DNA of 37,212 nt from Candidatus Campbellbacteria bacterium CG22_combo_CG10-13_8_21_14_all_43_18. Lineage in GTDB: Bacteria; Patescibacteriota; Minisyncoccia; Phycocordibacterales; GCA-002724975. The number at the start of each line of letters is the position of its first letter. The stretch's first letter is position 1. The notes under the pieces are model-generated. The model searched no databases. It saw nothing but the letters and a program-made list of their open reading frames with translations, and had not been told where the DNA came from. Location: the NCBI GenBank assembly GCA_002771565.1, contig PCTS01000034.1, forward strand, positions 877 to 38,088, in the 5' to 3' direction. Shown here piece by piece: positions 32,421 to 37,212 of the stretch. The position numbers and the translations under genes are program-made.

Positions 32421-32475
32421 GCCGCCGCGAGGCCCCCGAGGGCCTCGCGGCGGCTCTTTCTTTTTCTCCTCTTTT
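32421..32475 (+). terminator. Strong rho-independent terminator
   Basis: Perfect 15-bp GC stem GCCGCCGCGAGGCCC (32421..32435) / GGGCCTCGCGGCGGC (32440..32454) with loop CCGA, followed by TCTTTCTTTTTCTCCTCTTTTTC. Confidence 0.85.
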
Positions 32476-32598
32476 TCTTTCTTTGGCGGCGGGGAATTTT
32501 CACAGAAAAAAACGAACCGGATTAGCCCGATTTTGCCAAAATAAAATTAGGAAAAATCGGGCGAAATTACCTTCGGCAAAAATGGTAAAATAAGCCTT

Positions 32599-33045
32599 AT
32601 GAAGCGCGTCAAGTATCTTTCCGAAAATCTTCAAGAGACGAAGAAAATAGCCGGAGAGTTTTTAAAAAAAACCCATCCCCAAAGCAAGTCCGCCACGGTC
32701 GTAGAGCTTATCGGAAACTTGGGTTCCGGCAAAACGGCTTTTGTCAAAGCCGCAGCCGAGGTTCTCGGTCTTAAAAACACGGTTTCCAGTCCGACATTTG
32801 TCATTCAAAAAATATACAAACTTCGGAACAAAGAATTTGATTATCTGATTCATCTTGACGCTTACCGTCTAGAAAACGGAAAGGAATTGAAAATTTTGGG
32901 CTGGCAGAACATTCTCTCTTCGCCTGAAAATTTGATTTTTATAGAATGGCCGGAAAAAGTTTCGGACATTCTGCCGCGCGGGACAAAACGCGTTTTTTTT
33001 GATTTTGTTTCCGAAAATACCAGAGAAATAAAATATGAAACCTAA
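32599..33045 (+). CDS. tsaE: tRNA threonylcarbamoyladenosine biosynthesis ATPase TsaE
   Basis: 148 aa with the P-loop GNLGSGKTAFVK, followed by SPTF and HLDAYRL motifs typical of TsaE/YjeE. Confidence 0.88.
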   Translation: MKRVKYLSENLQETKKIAGEFLKKTHPQSKSATVVELIGNLGSGKTAFVKAAAEVLGLKNTVSSPTFVIQKIYKLRNKEFDYLIHLDAYRLENGKELKILGWQNILSSPENLIFIEWPEKVSDILPRGTKRVFFDFVSENTREIKYET

Positions 33046-35380
33046 AAACGCGGAAAGCAAAAAAAGACTCGTGCTTCTTGATTCTCACGCCATTCTCCAT
33101 CGGGCCTATCACGCCTTACCCGACTTTGCCTCCGGAGGTGAGCCGACCGGCGCTCTCTACGGACTTTCTTTGATGCTCTTTAAGATAATCGCGGAACTCA
33201 AGCCGGACTACATTGTCGCCGCCTACGACCTCCCCCAACCGACTTACAGGCACGAAGCCTATGAAGGCTACAAAGCCGGAAGAAAAGAGACCCCCGCCGA
33301 ATTGGCTTCCCAAATAGAAAGGTCCCGAGAGATCTTTAGGGTCTTTGGCATTCCAATTTATGACAAAGAAGGTTTTGAAGCCGATGACATTCTGGGAACT
33401 ATTTCCGAGCTCGCAAAGAAAGACAAAAAAGTTGAAGTCATTATCGCCTCCGGAGATATGGACACCCTCCAGCTCGTGGACAAAGACCAAGTCAGAGTTT
33501 ATACCCTGAAAAAAGGAATAAAGGACACTATTTTGTATGACGAGAAAGCTGTTTGTGAGAGATTCGGCTTCAGCCCCGGCCTTCTGCCGGACTACAAAGG
33601 CCTAAGAGGCGACCCGTCCGATAACATTCCCGGCATAAAAGGCATCGGAGAGAAAATCGCCACGGAACTTATTATAAATTTCGGCGGACTTGATTCCCTT
33701 TACAAAAAACTGAAGAAAGACGCGGATGGCTTTAAAAAGGCCGGCATCAAGCCGAGAATAATCAACCTTCTTTTGGAGAGCGAAGAAGAGGCCTTTTTTT
33801 CTCGCGAGCTGGGGGAAATCAAAAAGGATGTCCCGATTGAATTCAGAATTCCAAAGAAATCGTGGAAGGAAAACTTGGACCCCGAGAAAGTTTTGACGCT
33901 TTTCGGGGAACTCGGCTTCCGCTCTCTTTCGGAAAAAATCAGAGAGATGTTTCTGATGAAAAAAGTTCAGACGGAAACCGCAAGTCCCGAAGAGGCAGAA
34001 AAAACCGCCATTGCTTTGTGGCTTTTGGATTCCGACACGACCAATCCGGAACTCTCTGACATTTTGAATTTTGCCGGAACCGATAATTTCAAAAAAGCCC
34101 GGGAGCATATTTTTTCCGAGCTTGAAAAAACCGGCCTCCAAAAACTTTTTCGAGAAGTTGAACTGCCGCTCATTTCCGTGATTAAGAAAATGCAAGAAAC
34201 GGGAGTAAAAATTGATATGGTTTTTCTTCGCGAGCTTTCCCGGAAATATCATCAGGACCTTCAAAAACTGGAAAAAACCATTAGAGAACTTTCCGGCAGA
34301 AAATTCAATCTTAACTCGCCCAAACAACTCTCGGAAGTCTTGTTTGACGAAATGAAGCTCTCCGCTCCCAACCTGAAAAAGACTTCCGGCGGCGCAAGGT
34401 CAACCAGAGAATCGGAGCTCTTAAAATTAAGAGAAACGCATCCCATCATCGAAAAAATTCTGGAATATCGGGAACTCCAAAAACTTCTCTCAACCTACAT
34501 TGATAATATTCCGGAAATGGTCGCAAAAGGCGGCAGACTTCACGCCGATTTCAACCAAGCCGGCACGACAACCGGCAGAATGTCTTCTCAAAACCCGAAT
34601 CTTCAGAATATTCCAGCAAGAAGCGCGCTTGGAAAAGAAATAAGGAAAGCTTTTGTCTCCGAGAAAGGATTTAAAATCGTGGCTTTTGACTATTCGCAGA
34701 TTGAACTTCGGATCGCGGCAATCCTCTCGGGAGATAAAAAACTCATTGATATTTTCAAGAAAGGCCACGACATTCATAATTCCGTGGCCGAGGAAGTTTT
34801 TGGGGTCGGCTCGGGCGAAGTTACGACAAAAATGCGTTCTCATGCCAAGACGATAAATTTCGGCATTTTATACGGCATGGGAGTGAACTCTCTCAAGACG
34901 GCCCTGGGCACGGACAGGAAAACCGCCCAGGAATTTTATAATGGCTATTTTGAGAAGTTTGGAGGTCTCGCTCTTTATCTGGAGAAGACCAAAAGGGAGG
35001 CTATGAAAAAAGGATATACTGAAACTTTTTTCGGGCGAAGAAGATACTTTCCGGGCCTTCGGTCAAAACTGCCTTTTATCAGAGCTCAAGCAGAAAGAAT
35101 GGCCGTTAACGCGCCCATCCAGGGCACCCAGGCTGATATTATCAGGATTGCCATGGTCTTGATAGATAAAAATCTTTCGTCAAAAGATGTCCGCCTTTTA
35201 CTGCAGGTTCATGACGAATTGGTTTATGAAATCAGAGAAGGCAAAGTCCGCGCTGTTTCCCGAGAAATCAAAAAAACAATGGAAAATGTCATCTCTCCCG
35301 ACAAAATAAACGGCATCAATCTTGCCGTTGATGTTTCCGAGGGCCTTAATTGGGGAGAAATGAAAAAATTAAAAATATGA
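33035..35380 (+). CDS. polA: DNA polymerase I (5'-nuclease + polymerase domains; reduced middle domain)
   Basis: 781 aa. The N-terminal 5'-3' exonuclease motifs include LLDSHAILHRAY and GDPSDNIPGIKGIGEK. Pol motif A is DYSQIELRI, motif B is RSHAKTINFGILYG and motif C is LQVHDELV. It overlaps tsaE by 11 nt. Confidence 0.92.
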   Translation: MKPKNAESKKRLVLLDSHAILHRAYHALPDFASGGEPTGALYGLSLMLFKIIAELKPDYIVAAYDLPQPTYRHEAYEGYKAGRKETPAELASQIERSREIFRVFGIPIYDKEGFEADDILGTISELAKKDKKVEVIIASGDMDTLQLVDKDQVRVYTLKKGIKDTILYDEKAVCERFGFSPGLLPDYKGLRGDPSDNIPGIKGIGEKIATELIINFGGLDSLYKKLKKDADGFKKAGIKPRIINLLLESEEEAFFSRELGEIKKDVPIEFRIPKKSWKENLDPEKVLTLFGELGFRSLSEKIREMFLMKKVQTETASPEEAEKTAIALWLLDSDTTNPELSDILNFAGTDNFKKAREHIFSELEKTGLQKLFREVELPLISVIKKMQETGVKIDMVFLRELSRKYHQDLQKLEKTIRELSGRKFNLNSPKQLSEVLFDEMKLSAPNLKKTSGGARSTRESELLKLRETHPIIEKILEYRELQKLLSTYIDNIPEMVAKGGRLHADFNQAGTTTGRMSSQNPNLQNIPARSALGKEIRKAFVSEKGFKIVAFDYSQIELRIAAILSGDKKLIDIFKKGHDIHNSVAEEVFGVGSGEVTTKMRSHAKTINFGILYGMGVNSLKTALGTDRKTAQEFYNGYFEKFGGLALYLEKTKREAMKKGYTETFFGRRRYFPGLRSKLPFIRAQAERMAVNAPIQGTQADIIRIAMVLIDKNLSSKDVRLLLQVHDELVYEIREGKVRAVSREIKKTMENVISPDKINGINLAVDVSEGLNWGEMKKLKI

Positions 35381-36087
35381 TCTACCTGCTCTACGGTTCC
35401 GATTTCAAAAAATCCCGCCTGAAACTTCACGCCCTTCAGGCCTCTTTCCTGGAAAAATCTCCGCGCTCTTCCTCTTTTCATTTTGATTCTGAAAATTTTG
35501 AAGAGAAGTTTTTGGACGAGATAATCTCCGGAAAGAGCCTTTTTTCCGGCAGGTGCATTGTTGTCCTGGACAAGCTTTTGGGGGCGGGGAATTTTAATGA
35601 ATTTCTTTTTAAAAAAATGAAAGAGCTCTCTCTTTCAGAAAATATTTTCATCTTTCTTGAAGAAAAGATGGGTAAAAAAGAACTGGGGCTCCTTAAAAAA
35701 TGGACGGAGAAAACCCAAGAATTTTCCATGGCGGAGAAAGAGGAAAAATTTAAAATCTTCTCACTCTCCGACGCGCTCGGCCGAAGAGATAAAAAAGGCC
35801 TTTGGGTCTTGTACCAAAAAGCTCTAGGCCGGGGTATTTCGGTCGGAGAGATTCGGGGCATCTTATTTTGGCAGGTCAAAAATCTTTTAATGCTCAAAAA
35901 AACCAAAGAGCCGAAAAAACTCGGACAGAACCCCTATGTTTTGAGAAAAAATCTTTCCTTTCTTTCAAATTTCAAAGAAGAAGAACTTGCGGACCTCTCT
36001 CGAAAGCTTGTTGAACTCCCGCATCGCTCCAGAAGAGGAGAGGGAGAGGAGGAAATTCTTCTGGAAAACTTTCTGCTCTCTCTTTGA
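35377..36087 (+). CDS. holA: DNA polymerase III delta subunit (HolA)-like protein
   Basis: MIYLLYGSDFKKSRLKL...SLFSGRCIVVLD matches the usual HolA N-terminal pattern. An ATGA overlap with the polA stop supports the ATG at 35377 over the ORF-track start at 35350. The call rests on overall pattern only. Confidence 0.55.
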   Translation: MIYLLYGSDFKKSRLKLHALQASFLEKSPRSSSFHFDSENFEEKFLDEIISGKSLFSGRCIVVLDKLLGAGNFNEFLFKKMKELSLSENIFIFLEEKMGKKELGLLKKWTEKTQEFSMAEKEEKFKIFSLSDALGRRDKKGLWVLYQKALGRGISVGEIRGILFWQVKNLLMLKKTKEPKKLGQNPYVLRKNLSFLSNFKEEELADLSRKLVELPHRSRRGEGEEEILLENFLLSL

Positions 36088-36157
36088 TTTCCGCTTCACA
36101 GGGTCGTCTTTTTTTCGAGCAATTAAAGTTTCTGAAGCCGGAGTTTGCCATAGATTT

Positions 36158-36646
36158 TTAAAATTTTTTATAAACAACTTTATTTTGGAGACTTTCCAGA
36201 TATCTTTTGAAATTACGCGAAGATGTCTCCAGAGTTTTTGAGTTTGTTTCGGGGTGAAAATAGACTCTCTCTTTCTTCAGAAGGTCTTCGTCTATCAGGA
36301 CGAGAACATCTTTTTCTTTGTTGTTGATGAGAGCGTAGGGGCTGACCGACCCCGGGGTCGTGCCGAGTTTTTGGCGAAGTTCTTCCGGGGAAGCAAAACT
36401 CAACCGGCTTTCTTTCAGGTTCTTTTGCAGTTCGTTCTGGTCAATTCTTTTTTCTCCGGAAATTATGACGAGGTAATAAGCGCTTTTATTCTTGTTTCTC
36501 ATCAAAAGACTCTTGCTTCTTTCTCCCGGAACCTCGTCTTTATGAAGCAGAGATTCTTTAACCGTAAAAACCGGCCTATGCCGATAGACCTTGTATTTTA
36601 TCCGCAAGAAGTCCAAAGTTTGGTAGATGTCCATTGTGCCCAGCAT
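36158..36646 (-). CDS. YbaK/ProX-type aminoacyl-tRNA deacylase-like protein
   Basis: The low-GC part of the ORF (from MLGTMDIYQTLDFL..., ATG at 36646 or 36634) has the YbaK-like pattern ...KSLLMRNK...YLVIISGEKRID...PGSVSPYAL... . The 88 upstream codons of the ORF-track call (to 36910) are R/P/S/G-rich translation of a GC-rich non-coding segment. Confidence 0.65.
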   Translation of the reverse strand: MLGTMDIYQTLDFLRIKYKVYRHRPVFTVKESLLHKDEVPGERSKSLLMRNKNKSAYYLVIISGEKRIDQNELQKNLKESRLSFASPEELRQKLGTTPGSVSPYALINNKEKDVLVLIDEDLLKKERVYFHPETNSKTLETSSRNFKRYLESLQNKVVYKKF

Positions 36647-36649
36647 TCT

Positions 36650-36997
36650 TGAAATAGCGCGAACCGTTTTCGCTCCTCGACAGGCTCGGGGCGAGGAAAG
36701 TCCGCCGCCTGCGCGGCCGAAGCCACTTCGGTGGGGCGAAGGCGCGCGAAAAATCCGAAATGCGACGCCTGCCCGCCGACCCGTCCTCCGAAGTCTTGAC
36801 GAAGGGGGAAGTCTCGTTGTGCACTTCCGAAGCCTCGTGCGGAGGAGTGGCGCAGGCGGCGAAGCCGCACCGACTTGTCCGTCCGAAGCTTTAGCGAAGG
36901 AGGATGACAATTTCCCTCCCTCCCTCTTTAGGGGCTATGGCGGGCACGGCAAGTTTTTCTTTGGCGGCGAATAAATTGAGTTTGCGAAGCAAACACC
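36650..36997. ncRNA. GC-rich, densely base-paired non-coding segment: candidate structured RNA or long structured leader; strand and identity unresolved
   Basis: I counted 158 G+C in the 240 nt from 36661 to 36900. Nested helices are 36703..36709/36963..36969, 36767..36777/36939..36950 (11 bp, one bulge) and 36784..36790/36840..36846. There are also hairpins CCAC-UUCG-GUGG (36723..36734) and GCGGC-GAA-GCCGC (36856..36868). Nine CGAAG motifs occur. An exact GAGGAAAGTCCG lies at 36693..36704 on the plus strand. All long ORFs here overlap in several frames and have non-protein-like composition. Confidence 0.45.
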
Positions 36998-37003
36998 AAA
37001 CGT

Positions 37004-37032
37004 ATTGTATGAAAAATGGAGCAATAAATCAA
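37004..37032 (-). promoter_or_regulatory. sigma70-type promoter directed into the GC-rich segment and the ybaK-like gene
   Basis: The minus strand reads TTGATT (37032..37027), a 17-nt spacer, then TACAAT (37009..37004). Confidence 0.5.
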
Positions 37033-37071
37033 AAAGAAATAGGGCCGCGTCGTTTTTACACAACGCGACCC
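37030..37071 (-). terminator. Rho-independent terminator (minus strand)
   Basis: The 11-bp stem 37071..37061 / 37052..37042 has two G-U wobbles on the minus strand; on the plus strand these positions are C-A mismatches. It is followed on the minus strand by UAUUUCUUUUUGAUUU. Confidence 0.6.
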
Positions 37072-37095
37072 TTTGGAACCGAACAGCGAACACTA

Positions 37096-37212
37096 TCACC
37101 GATACTGCGGATGGGGCTGGAGGAGCGCACGGTGCGGAACCCACGCTGGATAGTGCACCCAGAGCGAGTTCGCGACGAGAACGCCGTCGGCATAGCCTTT
37201 GGCGACGCACGG
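37096..37212 (-). CDS. Possible 3' end of a GC-rich gene entering from the right edge (partial)
   Basis: A minus-strand frame is open from the window edge and reads ...PCVAKGYADGVLVANSLWVHYPAWVPHRALLQPHPQYR, ending at a stop at 37098..37096 just upstream of the terminator. Only 38 codons are visible, so the product is unknown. Confidence 0.3.
   Translation of the reverse strand, partial: PCVAKGYADGVLVANSLWVHYPAWVPHRALLQPHPQYR

Noticed and set aside
32525-32562. 10-bp perfect stem (GCCCGATTTT / AAAATCGGGC) with an 18-nt loop upstream of tsaE as a riboswitch or operator
   Set aside because: It is a single hairpin with no conserved riboswitch motif that I can recognise and no T-tract. I noted it but there is insufficient evidence for any function.
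36693-36704. RNase P RNA (rnpB) call based on the exact CR-I block GAGGAAAGTCCG preceded by a P3-like hairpin
   Set aside because: I could not find the universally conserved partner elements. These are an ACAGAA...CGGCUU(A) 3' strand able to form P4 with a bulged U, and the GGUAA / GUGAAA blocks of the specificity domain. The best local partner (CGACUU at 36871..36876) pairs without the bulge and lacks the ACAGAA context. I keep it as an open possibility to be settled by a covariance-model search and do not annotate it as rnpB.
36647-36910. N-terminal 88-codon extension of the ybaK-like ORF (ORF track 36158..36910), and the overlapping ORFs 36576..36824(-), 36598..36870(-) and 36627..36974(+)
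   Set aside because: All lie in the 66% G+C segment, where stop codons are rare by composition. The translations are R/P/S/G/A-rich with no protein-like pattern. Four mutually overlapping frames cannot all be genes. The YbaK-like similarity starts only at MLGTMDIYQ.

Overview
This is a tightly packed, low-GC bacterial chromosome segment; I counted about 40% G+C in a sampled coding stretch. By inference it resembles a Candidate Phyla Radiation / Patescibacteria (Parcubacteria-like) genome around the replication origin. jag-yidC-rnpA-rpmH lie on the minus strand and diverge from dnaA-dnaN on the plus strand, separated from dnaN by an extremely AT-rich spacer. Housekeeping genes recognised from protein motifs are comM/yifB, a LysM-M23 peptidase, pcrA/uvrD, rsmA, ruvC, a class A PBP, a shortened yebC, ruvB, a pilB/gspE ATPase, tsaE, polA, a holA-like gene, a ybaK-like deacylase and a Cys-less dksA-like gene. 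The main accessory feature is a 12-kb, 11-gene plus-strand operon (8666..20794). It encodes a Gram-positive-style type IV secretion-like apparatus: a VirB4 ATPase, an extra VirB4 N-domain-only paralogue, PrgI/VirB3-like, TrbL/VirB6-like and VirB2-like pilin proteins. These are embedded among secreted and membrane proteins of unknown function, and no relaxase, coupling protein or VirB11 is present. Five other items stand out. (1) An IS200-like/RAYT-type Y1 transposase gene is flanked by a 21-nt REP-like palindrome and also carries two in-frame copies inside its own coding sequence; a fifth, inverted copy lies at 41..61. (2) A roughly 66% G+C, densely helical, non-coding segment of about 350 nt lies upstream of the ybaK-like gene and carries nine CGAAG motifs; its identity is unresolved. 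(3) A 149-nt element bounded by perfect 25-bp inverted repeats has its own near-consensus promoter and a U-rich tail, making it a candidate sRNA. (4) A small GC-rich lipoprotein gene looks horizontally acquired. (5) Several genes have a TATAAT box only 6-9 nt upstream of the start codon, which suggests leaderless mRNAs. No rRNA, tRNA or CRISPR array was found.
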